Positions 45,290 to 55,106 are shown, counted from the first letter of the stretch. The stretch is 64,000 bases of DNA from Anaerolineales bacterium (GCA_035291465.1 DATDRZ010000132.1:457-64456); one strand, 5' to 3'. Translations and numbers: made by a program. The notes: generated by a model not told the origin, from the sequence alone.

Positions 45290-47388
45290 TGCAGGCGACC
45301 CGTGCGGGCGATGGGAATTGTAAAGGCGAAGCGCGAACCCTTGCCGACTTCGCTTTCCACCCAGAGCTTGCCGCCATGCCCCTCGACAGCCAGCTTGCAG
45401 TAGGCCAACCCCAACCCGAGGCCTTTCGTGCTCCCAGTGGCGCCGACCTGGACGCGGGCGAATTTCTCAAAGATGCGCTTCTGATCTGCTTTCGGAATGC
45501 CGCGCCCCTCATCCTGAACCCACATCTCCACGTAATCCTGAGTGCGTTTTGCTCCCACGATAACGGTCATTCCCTCCATAGAGTACTTGATCGCGTTTTC
45601 CATGAGGTTAATGAATACGCGGCGCATCATTTCAGCATCTGCCATGATGCGAGGCATACCCTTCGGCACAGCAGCTTCCAACTTGACTCCCCTGCCTTGA
45701 GCCGCGGGGGCTACGGCGTCCAGCGCCATCTGCACAAGGTCAATGACCTGCGTCGGTTCGGGGCTACCAATTTGTTGGCCAGCTTCCAGGCGAGAAGTAT
45801 CCAGCAGCGAGTTGGCCAAGCGCTGCACCCGTTCAGTCGACCGCATGGCAATATCCAGCACGGAGCGAATCGTGGGGTCGTTGTCTTTTGGAAGCATCAT
45901 TTCGAGTACATCCAAGCCGGACACGATGTTGGCTAAAGGGGATCGCAGGTCGTGATAAATCATAGAGGCCAGGTCTTCACGCAAATTGTCGAGCTTGGTC
46001 CGTTCTGTGATGTCGCGCAGAATCCATTGCAGTTGATCTGCGCCTTCTACGCTGATTTTGTGGACATAGACATCGATGTTAACCTGGTCGCTCCCTTTGC
46101 CCTGCAAAACAGATTCGTACGAAACTGATGCCCCTTCTTTCAACCTGGACATGTCTTTGCCCAGGGCCTTGTAATCAGCCTTATGCACAGCGTGAACATT
46201 CATTTGTTGCAGAGTCTTTTTGTCGAAACCAATTAATAACTCAGCCTGACGGTTCGCCTCAATGATATTGCCTTCCAAGTCGGTAATCAAAATAGGGTCA
46301 ATGCTGTCTTCGAATAAATCGAGATAGCGCCTGCGCGCCCCTTCCATTTGCTCAAATAATTGGGCGTGTTCAATGGCCATCCCTGCCAGGTTTCCAATGC
46401 CCTCCAACACCGACAAATCACTGCGATCAAAGGCCCCGGCGATTGGATTAAGCGCTTCGATAACGCCGATCACCTTTTTCTGGGTCAGAATGGGAGCGCA
46501 AGCCATGGCACGGATCTGATAACCGGTGACCCGGTCCACATCGGACAAAAATCGCGGATCTTTCTGCGCGTCCTGGACGATGGTCCCTTGGCCTTCCTGT
46601 GCTACCCACCCCGCAATGCCCCGGCCCAATCCGATTCGTAAGCCAGTAACCTGCTTGCTATTCTTGCCAGTTGCGGCGCGGAAAACCAGGTCCTTTCCAC
46701 CCGGTTCGACCAAAGCCAGTGAAACAACCTCCACATCCAGGGCTTTGGTAGTCTGCTGCAAAATTGTATTCAGTACTTCATCGAGTTGCAGGCTGACCCC
46801 GATAGCTCTCGCGCTGTCTGCAATGGCGGTCATGATGGCTGCCCGGCGCTGGGTCTCCGCGTACAGTCGGGCATTGAGCACGGCGAAAGCCGCCTGGTCA
46901 GAAATGGTTTGCACTAGATTGAGATGATCCTCGGTGAAAAATCCGACCTCAGGATGAGTTAAGGTCATGACGCCGACCAACTGATTGCGCACCATCAGCG
47001 GTGCGCACACCACGGATTTCGGCTCTGCCTTACCGTCTTCCCCGCGCTGCCAGCGCTTGTCCTGGTCGGTATCCGGAACACGGACCGCCTGGCGATTCTT
47101 TCTCACCCAACCTGCTAAGCCTTGATCTAATGTAAACCTTAGTTGTTCGGTGGTCTCTTCAATGACCTTGTCACCGACCACAATAATGGAATCGACAGGA
47201 TTTTCCTTGTCATCCAAGACAATAATGCTGCCGGAGCTACCGCTCACATTTTCCAGCGAGAGTTTGATGACTCGCTCCAGTACGGTTCGCAACTCTAGTG
47301 CTGAGGCTAATTCGCGGCTTATGTGATAAAGCAGGTCAAGGGAAGCTTTGGTTCGCCCACCTTCCTTGACAACGTTTGTGGCCATCAT
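45286..47388 (-). CDS. Sensor histidine kinase with tandem GAF domains, a PAS domain, HisKA and HATPase_c
   Basis: The H-box reads MIYHDLRSPLANI. The N/G boxes read FINLMENAIKY, VQDEGRGIP and GLGLGLAYCK. I chose the start at MMATNVV because the longer ORF overlaps holB. Confidence 0.88.
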   Translation of the reverse strand: MMATNVVKEGGRTKASLDLLYHISRELASALELRTVLERVIKLSLENVSGSSGSIIVLDDKENPVDSIIVVGDKVIEETTEQLRFTLDQGLAGWVRKNRQAVRVPDTDQDKRWQRGEDGKAEPKSVVCAPLMVRNQLVGVMTLTHPEVGFFTEDHLNLVQTISDQAAFAVLNARLYAETQRRAAIMTAIADSARAIGVSLQLDEVLNTILQQTTKALDVEVVSLALVEPGGKDLVFRAATGKNSKQVTGLRIGLGRGIAGWVAQEGQGTIVQDAQKDPRFLSDVDRVTGYQIRAMACAPILTQKKVIGVIEALNPIAGAFDRSDLSVLEGIGNLAGMAIEHAQLFEQMEGARRRYLDLFEDSIDPILITDLEGNIIEANRQAELLIGFDKKTLQQMNVHAVHKADYKALGKDMSRLKEGASVSYESVLQGKGSDQVNIDVYVHKISVEGADQLQWILRDITERTKLDNLREDLASMIYHDLRSPLANIVSGLDVLEMMLPKDNDPTIRSVLDIAMRSTERVQRLANSLLDTSRLEAGQQIGSPEPTQVIDLVQMALDAVAPAAQGRGVKLEAAVPKGMPRIMADAEMMRRVFINLMENAIKYSMEGMTVIVGAKRTQDYVEMWVQDEGRGIPKADQKRIFEKFARVQVGATGSTKGLGLGLAYCKLAVEGHGGKLWVESEVGKGSRFAFTIPIARTGRLQ

Positions 47389-47473
47389 GTTTCGGAATTT
47401 ACGATATACCGGTGATAAAGAAGGCCTTCTCAAATCAGTATAGCATAGCCGATTTTTAAGACAGAATGAGGGC

Positions 47474-48466
47474 TTAGAGGTCGGGCAACTCCAGCAGCAA
47501 TCCCTCCATAGCCAATCGTGCATTCACATTAGTATCCAGTTGATTTAAGCTGTGATCCATGGCCCGCAGCACACCACGCGCCGCATCCGTGGTTAGTCGG
47601 GCTGAAATTAATGTAATGGCCTCATCCTTGTCGGGATTGGAAATGGGAGCAGCGGAATGACTGTTTCTGATCACGACATCACGCCAAAATGAAAGCCAGA
47701 CCAGAAGCAAGTCACGCAGATCTTTTCGATTTTTACTCGCAGCATCTGCAAAGGCAAAACGCTGCACGCGGTTGGCGTATAGCAATTGCTCCCCGGCCTC
47801 CAGCCATGCCGCGCGCTGCCTTAGCGCTGCCTGGTCTTCGTGCCAGCGCAGTGCCAGCCCAGGACGCCCCAGGCTCAGACCGGCCAGTAGAGTCGCCTGG
47901 GGCGCTGGGATGGATCGTTTGGTCAAGGCGGCAGCTAGTTCTTTGACCGGCATGGGTCGCAGACGCAACAATTCGCAGCGCGAAACAATGGTGGCAGGCA
48001 AGCTGTCTGCATCGGCTGCGGTGAGACAAAGGATCACCGAAGGATTGGGCTCTTCCAATGTCTTCAATAACGCGTTGGCAGCTTCTTCACTTGCGGTTTC
48101 GAATTCCAGAAATAATGCGACCTGGTAGCGCGACTCAAGCGGTGTGCGTGAAAGCGAGCGGCTCAACTCGCGCACCGCGGCAATTTTTATTTCGCGATCC
48201 CCTTCCTGTCGTTCTACGATCAACAGATCCACATGCTGCGCCCGGGCCAAACCTCGACATGCGCGGCACTCGCCGCAGAATTCCCCCGGCTCGGGCGGAT
48301 TGGTGCAATTCAGCGCCTGCGCCAGCCGCAACACCAGCGTGCGGCGGCCAACGCCATCTGGACCGGTGAGCAAATAGGCATGACGCAAGCGGCCAGTGGC
48401 AATCTGCGTTTTGAGTAACTGCACCGCCCATTCGTGACCAAGCAGAGCCCAATTTGTTGCTATCAA
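47474..48466 (-). CDS. holB: DNA polymerase III delta' subunit
   Basis: RLRHAYLLTGPDGVGRRTL...C..C..CRAC is a zinc module, and the protein has AAA+ clamp-loader-like features. Confidence 0.88.
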   Translation of the reverse strand: MIATNWALLGHEWAVQLLKTQIATGRLRHAYLLTGPDGVGRRTLVLRLAQALNCTNPPEPGEFCGECRACRGLARAQHVDLLIVERQEGDREIKIAAVRELSRSLSRTPLESRYQVALFLEFETASEEAANALLKTLEEPNPSVILCLTAADADSLPATIVSRCELLRLRPMPVKELAAALTKRSIPAPQATLLAGLSLGRPGLALRWHEDQAALRQRAAWLEAGEQLLYANRVQRFAFADAASKNRKDLRDLLLVWLSFWRDVVIRNSHSAAPISNPDKDEAITLISARLTTDAARGVLRAMDHSLNQLDTNVNARLAMEGLLLELPDL

Positions 48467-49038
48467 GGCGTAGAAAAGTGGATCTTATCGGAATAAAAAA
48501 TCAAAATATGCTTATCCGGATTATTGAGGGTAAAAGATCCACTGAAAGGTCCATCGTTTCCAATCCACGCCCGATAGTTGTATTGTCCTTGTGGCAGAAC
48601 CAGACCCAAGCTATCCGTGAAAACATATTCTTGGTATTGCGGAGAAACCAGGATAAATTGAATGCGTTCTCCACTGCGGTTATCAAGCAGCAGTGGCGCA
48701 TTGCGACTAGATTTATCTGCCCGTGCGGTTTCAAATGCCCCCGAATCGGGCTGCCCATATGGCGCCCACGTAGAAATCAATTTGATTGTTGCAGTGGGCG
48801 TTTCTGTGAGCGTCGCAAAGGGTGTTTGAGTAGATGTATTCGTAGGCTGAGGAGTTTCCGTCGGAATCTGAGTATTTGTAGGCTGAGCCGCAAGAGTTTG
48901 CGCTAACCTGGTCGATACCAGATTCTGCGCCATGATCGCTATTTGGTCTTCGTTAGCAGCGGCTTGACCACAAGCCGAAAATAGAAGCGGAAAGACACTA
49001 AAGAAGATTAGACTATTTATCCTAATTAATTGTTTCAT
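48463..49038 (-). CDS. Lipoprotein, function unknown
   Basis: It has the signal peptide and lipobox FPLLFSACGQ. A 4-nt overlap links it to the holB start. Confidence 0.7.
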   Translation of the reverse strand: MKQLIRINSLIFFSVFPLLFSACGQAAANEDQIAIMAQNLVSTRLAQTLAAQPTNTQIPTETPQPTNTSTQTPFATLTETPTATIKLISTWAPYGQPDSGAFETARADKSSRNAPLLLDNRSGERIQFILVSPQYQEYVFTDSLGLVLPQGQYNYRAWIGNDGPFSGSFTLNNPDKHILIFYSDKIHFSTP

Positions 49039-49114
49039 TCATTCACCCAAAAATATCCAGACAAAACTACCCATTTCTGGTTGTTGTTCTAAACAAGTTC
49101 CCCTATCTACTTTC

Positions 49115-49696
49115 TTACCGCTTGGACTTCTTCTTCGGCTTGGCCTTTGCCTTGCTCTTGACCGTTGCCTTGCTCTTAGCCTTGCTCTTGGCCTTAGCTT
49201 TCGGTTTAGGCTTTGGCTTGGCTTTCTTGGCCTTAACTTTCGCTTTCGGCTTGGCTTTCGGTGCCTTCGCTTTGGGCTTGGCTTTGGGTTTGGTGCTGGA
49301 CCCGGTTGGAGCCTTGGCAGCCGGTTTCGGAGCCGCTGGCTTGGGAGCGGCCATCGGGGCTGCCGGCATAGGAGGGGCCATTGGCTTAGGCGCCATGGGT
49401 GTCGCTTCCGGCGCCATCATCTTGGGTTCCTCTGCCATAGCTTCCTTCTCCACCATAAAGACTTCGTCGCCTTCGCGAACGCGGTCTTTAACTAGGATGG
49501 CAACGTCATCACCAGGCTCGGCACTGGACACATCATTGTGGTTGATTTGCATGGACGTGACGGATTCAGTCAAGTCCGTGGTGAAACCAACGATGTGGAT
49601 TTCATCGCCGACCTTCAGTTCCGACGAGAGCTTTAACACGGCGGCGCTGGGTCCGGCAAAGAAATGGGTTACTTCTCCAATCTTTCTCTCCATCAT
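49115..49696 (-). CDS. EF-Tu-domain-2-like beta-barrel protein fused to a Pro/Ala/Met-rich linker and a Lys/Ala/Pro-rich histone-H1-like tail
   Basis: The N-terminal ~85 aa (KIGEVTHFFAGPSAAVLKLSSELKVGDEIHIVGFTTDLTESVTSMQINHNDVSSAEPGDDVAILV..VREGDEVF) resemble small 'translation elongation factor-like' proteins. The C-terminus is KPKAKPKAKAPKAKPKAKVKAKKAKPKPKPKAKAKSKAK. A GGAGG precedes the tandem ATGs at 49696 and 49693. Confidence 0.75.
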   Translation of the reverse strand: MMERKIGEVTHFFAGPSAAVLKLSSELKVGDEIHIVGFTTDLTESVTSMQINHNDVSSAEPGDDVAILVKDRVREGDEVFMVEKEAMAEEPKMMAPEATPMAPKPMAPPMPAAPMAAPKPAAPKPAAKAPTGSSTKPKAKPKAKAPKAKPKAKVKAKKAKPKPKPKAKAKSKAKSKATVKSKAKAKPKKKSKR

Positions 49697-49799
49697 AACC
49701 TCCGGAATGTGGGCGATTCTCGCACCTATGATACAACGACATGCGCAAGCGTTCAAGGACTCGGCTTGCGTAATTTATCGATACAGTACAATCCTCCGC

Positions 49800-51980
49800 A
49801 TGGTGGATCTGAGAGCAGGGCTAAACCCACAGCAACAACAAGCCTTGACCGCCGGTTTGGGGCCTGTACTAGTGCTGGCCGGCCCTGGATCGGGCAAAAC
49901 ACGGGTGCTCACCCACCGTATCGCCTACCTGATCACCGAGTTAGGTGTCCAGCCCTACCATATCCTTGCCGTAACCTTCACCAATAAGGCGGCAAAGGAA
50001 ATGGGCAGCCGGGTGGAGAGCCTGCTGGCAGGCAAGCCCCGGGGCCTGACCCTGGGAACCTTCCACTCCATTTGCGCCCGGCTACTTCGGGTAGAAGCCG
50101 CCTCTTTGCCCTTTAACGAGAACTTTGTCATCTACGATACGGATGACCAGGTCAGCCTGGTACGCAACACCATCCGTGAGATGAACATCGATGAAAAGCT
50201 TCACCGCCCCACTGGGGTCCACTCTCGCATTTCGCAGGCGAAGAATGAACTGATGCTGCCCGAAGATATGCCAATCAACAGCTATCGCGATGAGGTCGTG
50301 GCGCGCGTGTACCAGCGCTACCAGCAAATGCTGTTGGCCAGCAACGCGGTGGACTTTGACGATCTACTGCTGTGGACCGCCAAGCTGCTTGAAGACAACA
50401 CGGAAATACGCAAGAAATACTCCCAGCGCTTTGAGCATGTTTTGGTCGACGAATTCCAGGATACCAACCAGGCGCAGTATGTATTGTTGAAACACCTAGC
50501 CTCGTTCCACCACAACCTGTATGTGGTGGGCGACACTGATCAGTCCATCTATCGCTGGCGGGGCGCAGACTACCGCAACGTTTTACGCTTTGAACAGGAT
50601 TTCCGCGATGCACAAGTAATCTTGCTCGAGCAGAACTACCGCTCGACTCAGCGCATCCTGGACGCGGCCATGGCAATCATCGATCGCAATCCACACCGCA
50701 CGCGCAAGCAGCTTTTCACCGAACGCGGCGCAGGCGAAAAGATCGAATTGCATCAGGTGCTGAATGAGGAAGAAGCCGGGCGGTTCGTCGTAGACACCAT
50801 TGCGTCTGGGGTCGCCAACAAGAGCGCTAAACCCGGAGATTTCGCCGTGATGTATCGCGTCAATGCGCAATCACGCGTGATCGAAGAAGCGTTCTTGCAA
50901 GCTAACCTGCCATACAAGTTAGTCGGCGCGCAACGGTTCTACGGACGCCGCGAAGTGAAGGATGTGCTGTGCTATCTGCGTCTGGCTTACAACCCCAACG
51001 ACGAAGCCAGCCTGGGCCGCGTCATCAATGTGCCGCCGCGCCGCATCGGAATGAAGGCGCAGGCAGCCTTGCGCACCGTTGCGCTTGCACAGAAGAGCAC
51101 GCCGGGTGCCATGGTGATGCGTCTGGGAGTCAATCCGGAAGATCCGATCTTTGCCAGCTTGCCTTCGCTTACCATTCAAGCGATGGTTGTTTTCGGAAAA
51201 TTGTTGAACCGCTGGCACGCATTTTCTCAACAAGCGGAGCCAATGGAATTGATGGACCGCATCCTCAATGATGTGGATTACCATGGTTACTTGTTGGCTG
51301 AGGGACCTGAAGAAGAAGGGGTCGACCGTTGGGACAACGTGCAGGAGTTGCGCCGCCTGTCTTCGGAATACAAGGGTCGCAGCATTGGTGAATTCCTGGA
51401 AAACATTGCTTTGATTTCTGATCAGGACACGATAGATGAAACAGCCGAAGTGCCAACTTTGCTGACTTTGCACGCAGCAAAAGGGCTGGAATTCCCCATG
51501 GTGTTCATCGCCGGGTTGGATGACGGGATGCTGCCGCACTCGCGTTCGTTCGAAGACCCCGAAGAAATGGCCGAAGAGCGGCGCCTGTTTTACGTGGGCA
51601 TAACCCGCGCCAAGAACCAATTGATCTTGATTCACAACGTCTACCGTAACAGCTATGGTTATTCCGAGGCCGTAATTCCCTCGCGGTTCTTGGATGATCT
51701 TCCCGGCGAACTCATTGAAGGTGGAAACCGGGCGCGCACCGGGAACCGTTACCGCCCGGATCGTTGGGCCCAGCCGCAAAAGCAATCGGCGCCTATCTTA
51801 CAGCCACAGTTCAAACCCGGCATGAGCGTACGGCATGCTGCCTGGGGTGAAGGCATGGTACTCAACAGTCGCATCCAAGACGACGATGAGGTGGTAGACA
51901 TCTTCTTCCAGGATGTAGGCCTCAAGAAAGTGATGGCCGCCTTTGCCAACCTGGAGCCCGTCAAAAAGAACAAGGACTAA
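49800..51980 (+). CDS. pcrA: ATP-dependent DNA helicase UvrD/PcrA family
   Basis: The start is MVDLRAGLNPQQQQAL...LAGPGSGKTRVLTHRIAYL (motif I). DEFQDT, VGDTDQSIYRWRGA and LEQNYRST follow. The upstream part of track ORF 49122.. is the antisense of the Lys-rich gene. Confidence 0.93.
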   Translation: MVDLRAGLNPQQQQALTAGLGPVLVLAGPGSGKTRVLTHRIAYLITELGVQPYHILAVTFTNKAAKEMGSRVESLLAGKPRGLTLGTFHSICARLLRVEAASLPFNENFVIYDTDDQVSLVRNTIREMNIDEKLHRPTGVHSRISQAKNELMLPEDMPINSYRDEVVARVYQRYQQMLLASNAVDFDDLLLWTAKLLEDNTEIRKKYSQRFEHVLVDEFQDTNQAQYVLLKHLASFHHNLYVVGDTDQSIYRWRGADYRNVLRFEQDFRDAQVILLEQNYRSTQRILDAAMAIIDRNPHRTRKQLFTERGAGEKIELHQVLNEEEAGRFVVDTIASGVANKSAKPGDFAVMYRVNAQSRVIEEAFLQANLPYKLVGAQRFYGRREVKDVLCYLRLAYNPNDEASLGRVINVPPRRIGMKAQAALRTVALAQKSTPGAMVMRLGVNPEDPIFASLPSLTIQAMVVFGKLLNRWHAFSQQAEPMELMDRILNDVDYHGYLLAEGPEEEGVDRWDNVQELRRLSSEYKGRSIGEFLENIALISDQDTIDETAEVPTLLTLHAAKGLEFPMVFIAGLDDGMLPHSRSFEDPEEMAEERRLFYVGITRAKNQLILIHNVYRNSYGYSEAVIPSRFLDDLPGELIEGGNRARTGNRYRPDRWAQPQKQSAPILQPQFKPGMSVRHAAWGEGMVLNSRIQDDDEVVDIFFQDVGLKKVMAAFANLEPVKKNKD

Positions 51981-51986
51981 ATAAAA

Positions 51987-53024
51987 ATGAAATATTTTAT
52001 AACCGGAGGGGCGGGCTACATCGGGTCGGCAGTGGCCGCCGAATTGTTGGCGCAAGGCCACCAGGTGACTGTATACGATTCTCTAGTGACCGGACACCGA
52101 GGCGCAGTGCCAAAAGGCGCCGAGCTCATTCAAGCAGAATTGATCGACGAGAAGTCATTAGGTGGCGCCTTGAGGTCAAACCAATTCAATGCCGTTCTGC
52201 ATTTCGCCGCGTTCATCGAAGCGGGCGAAAGCATGCAAAACCCCGGCAAATATTTCCGCAACAATCTTGAGGGTTCGCTGCGACTCATCGAGGCGGTTTA
52301 TCAAGTGGGAATTGGCCGATTCGTGTTCTCTTCGTCGGCAGCCGTTTACCGCACCAGCGAATCGGCCTTGGATGAAAATTCCCCTCTGGGCCCTCAGAAC
52401 ACGTACGGGCAGACAAAATTGATGATCGAGGAAGTCTTGGATCGTTATCAGCAGATCCATGGGCTGCGATATGCCGCCCTCCGCTATTTCAATGCTGCCG
52501 GCGCACTTCCCGGCCGCGGTGAGGCCCACCATCCGGAGAGCCATCTCATTCCCCTAACGCTCCAGGTGGCCCTTGGGCAGCGTGAAAGCGTCGCCATCTT
52601 CGGAGCCGATTATCAAACGCCTGACGGCACTTGCATTCGCGATTACATACATCTCGCAGACCTAGTCTCCGCGCATCTGCTCGCCCTAGGTGCGCTAGAA
52701 AGCAATGAAAAAGTTATGTACAACGTTGGCAGCGGGCACGGTTATTCGGTTCTCGAGGTGGTCGAAATGGCGCGCAATGTGACCGGCCATCCCATTCCCT
52801 CACTTGAGACCCCGCGCCGTCCCGGCGACCCTGCTCGCCTGGTCGCTTCTCCAGCCCTTATCCAGAAGGAGCTCGGCTGGGAAGCCAAGCATTCCAGCCT
52901 CGAGGAGATCATCAGTAGCGCCTGGGACTGGCACAGCAAACATCCACACGGATACTCCGAAGCGAAGGCGCCGTCCCGTGCAGCCGTGACCAGAGAGAAG
53001 GGGAATGGCGGCACAGAGAGGTGA
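51987..53024 (+). CDS. galE: UDP-glucose 4-epimerase
   Basis: The motifs ITGGAGYIGS, SSSAAVY and YGQTKLMIE (YxxxK) are present, and the length is typical of GalE. Confidence 0.92.
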   Translation: MKYFITGGAGYIGSAVAAELLAQGHQVTVYDSLVTGHRGAVPKGAELIQAELIDEKSLGGALRSNQFNAVLHFAAFIEAGESMQNPGKYFRNNLEGSLRLIEAVYQVGIGRFVFSSSAAVYRTSESALDENSPLGPQNTYGQTKLMIEEVLDRYQQIHGLRYAALRYFNAAGALPGRGEAHHPESHLIPLTLQVALGQRESVAIFGADYQTPDGTCIRDYIHLADLVSAHLLALGALESNEKVMYNVGSGHGYSVLEVVEMARNVTGHPIPSLETPRRPGDPARLVASPALIQKELGWEAKHSSLEEIISSAWDWHSKHPHGYSEAKAPSRAAVTREKGNGGTER

Positions 53025-53443
53025 AGATTTACTTCGCTTGCGCGATCGTCGGGGGTCGGCAGGATGAAACCATATATCAACAACTAGTGGATGCGCTGGT
53101 GGCCGACGGACACGAAGTGCCCACAGCCATGAACGCGGGGCCTAGTTGGCAGCACCTGGAAGGTTCCCCCGATCCGCACGAGGTATATCGCCGCGATACC
53201 GGCTGGATCGATGAAAGTCAGGTACTGATTGCCGAAGTCAGTACCCCATCTCATGGCGTTGGCTACGAGATCGGTTACGCACTCGAACGCGGCAAACCGG
53301 TGCTGTGCATCTATCGGCGCGGTGTACGTGTATCGAAAATGCTGACCGGCAATACAACGCCGGAAATTACTGTTGTGGACTATGCGAACTTAGCTGATTG
53401 CGTAAGGATAGTAAAGAATTTTCTAAAGGACAACTCCCAGTGA
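53021..53443 (+). CDS. Nucleoside 2-deoxyribosyltransferase-like protein (DNPH1/Rcl-like)
   Basis: MKIYFACAIVGGRQDE...LIAEVSTPSHGVGYEIGYA is typical of the family. The GTG start overlaps the galE stop (GTGA). Confidence 0.78.
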   Translation: MKIYFACAIVGGRQDETIYQQLVDALVADGHEVPTAMNAGPSWQHLEGSPDPHEVYRRDTGWIDESQVLIAEVSTPSHGVGYEIGYALERGKPVLCIYRRGVRVSKMLTGNTTPEITVVDYANLADCVRIVKNFLKDNSQ

Positions 53444-53562
53444 GAGAAGGTCGAGAGCAGATGAAGCAAGTTACAGCCGATCCGGCCATGTTCATTGTCA
53501 GGACGAAACAATCAATTGGAAACCATTGACGACATTATGTTCACGCTTAGTTGGAAAACAAA

Positions 53563-53587
53563 AGATAACGTGTTGATCACGTTCTCT
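53563..53587 (-). terminator. Rho-independent terminator after rpsA
   Basis: On the minus strand, agagaacgtg-atcaa-cacgttatct (9 of 10 bp paired) is followed by tttgttttcc. Confidence 0.65.
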
Positions 53588-53607
53588 TATCGCACGAAAT
53601 TCAATTT

Positions 53608-54987
53608 TTACTTTTCTTCCTCTCCAATTGACGCAGGGGCCTCAGGTTCCTCAGGCGCATTCGCCACTGCCTTAGCTTCTACCGTAATTGTTTCGCCAAA
53701 GGGTTGAGACGGATCTTCCGGCGATGTCTCTTCAGGTGCCGAAGTCTCACCAGCGGGCTCTGCCGTTTTCTGGCTACCGTTCAGCTCGCCCGCCGCTGCC
53801 ATAGCCGCTTCATAATCCTGATCGCTGTATTGCGCAGAGTCTACCTTGCGCAGCGAGAGGCCAATACGGCGTCGGTCGGGTTCGATTTTGATTACTCGCA
53901 GGGCCAACTTGTCGCCCTCCTTCACCACTTCCTTCGGATGCTCGATGCGGTTTTCACTCAACTCAGAAATGTGAATCAGACCTTCGACGTGATCATCGAT
54001 GCGCGCAAAAGCGCCGAACTTCACCAGGCGAGTGATAGTGCCTTCGACTAACTGGCCAACATGATAATCCTCGACACTGTCTTCCCAGGGATCCTTCTGC
54101 AATTGGCGCATAGAGAGCCCGATGCGCCTCCGCTCGGTGTCAATGCTAATCACTTTCACTTCGACTTCATCGCCCACGGACAGCATCTTGTTAGGATGGT
54201 CGACGCGTTCCCAAGAAAGTTCGGAAAGATGCACCAAGCCGTCGGCCCCATTGATGTTCACAAAGGCGCCGAAATCTGCCAGGCTGGTGATGCGGCCTTT
54301 ACGAACATCGCCGACCTTAATCTCGCTGAGCAAGCGCTCTTTGAGCGCCTCACGTGATTCTTGCGCCGCAGCGCGCTCTGAAAGAATCAGGCGGCGGCGC
54401 TCGCGGTCCACTTCAATGACGCGTGCCACCAGACTTTCACCAATCATCTCGCTCCAGCGCTGCTCGGGGGTGTCGCCGTTATAGCGCATTCTGCGCGTCT
54501 GGCTGACTTGTGAGGCGGGCACAAACGCTCGCAAGCGACCCACGCCCACGATTAACCCGCCTTTATTGAAACCTTCAATTTTGCCTTGATAGGCTTCTTT
54601 AGATTCCAACAAGGCTTCCGCTTTGCTCCAGTCGTCGTCCTCCATGGAGCGCGTGTAGGAAAGTTGCACGGTGCCCTTGTTCCCCTCCGAGCCGACGATG
54701 TAGACCTGGATTTCCTGGCCGACCTTGAGGTTGGCACGTTCCTCGGGGCTCATTGCCTGCAACTCGCGCGCAGGAATCACACCTTCCGATTTCGCCCCAA
54801 TACTGACCAGCACCTCCTCATCGGAGATGCTGGCGATCATCCCTGTACGTGCGTCGCCAGGCTTGGGCATATCCAGGTTCAAATCACCCTGGTTGAGCAG
54901 TTGTTCCATGGTCAGGTCGGCTGGTATTGCTTCAACAGGTTTCGCACCTTCCTGCACCCCCGTCTGGGGGATTTCGTTTTGCTCCAT
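53608..54987 (-). CDS. rpsA: 30S ribosomal protein S1 (four S1 domains, acidic C-terminal tail)
   Basis: It has repeated S1 motifs: GFNKGGLIVGVGRLRAFVPAS, ADFGAFVNINGADGLVHLSEL and VKFGAFARIDDHVEGLIHISEL. Confidence 0.95.
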   Translation of the reverse strand: MEQNEIPQTGVQEGAKPVEAIPADLTMEQLLNQGDLNLDMPKPGDARTGMIASISDEEVLVSIGAKSEGVIPARELQAMSPEERANLKVGQEIQVYIVGSEGNKGTVQLSYTRSMEDDDWSKAEALLESKEAYQGKIEGFNKGGLIVGVGRLRAFVPASQVSQTRRMRYNGDTPEQRWSEMIGESLVARVIEVDRERRRLILSERAAAQESREALKERLLSEIKVGDVRKGRITSLADFGAFVNINGADGLVHLSELSWERVDHPNKMLSVGDEVEVKVISIDTERRRIGLSMRQLQKDPWEDSVEDYHVGQLVEGTITRLVKFGAFARIDDHVEGLIHISELSENRIEHPKEVVKEGDKLALRVIKIEPDRRRIGLSLRKVDSAQYSDQDYEAAMAAAGELNGSQKTAEPAGETSAPEETSPEDPSQPFGETITVEAKAVANAPEEPEAPASIGEEEK

Positions 54988-55106
54988 TTAGGTTGATTCT
55001 CCGTTAATAAGGTATCGGCTATTATAACCGCTAAAGAATAGCGCTTAGCTTCCCGCAATCGACCCTCGGCTATGCAAGATCACAAAACGGAACCAACCTC
55101 ACCAAA

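Noticed and set aside
49122-49799. N-terminal ~225 codons of the 952-aa track ORF that contains the helicase
   Set aside because: This part is the antisense of the Lys-rich tail gene (its translation is poly-Leu/Ala/Gly/Phe). The UvrD/PcrA homology begins at MVDLRAGLNPQQ (49800).
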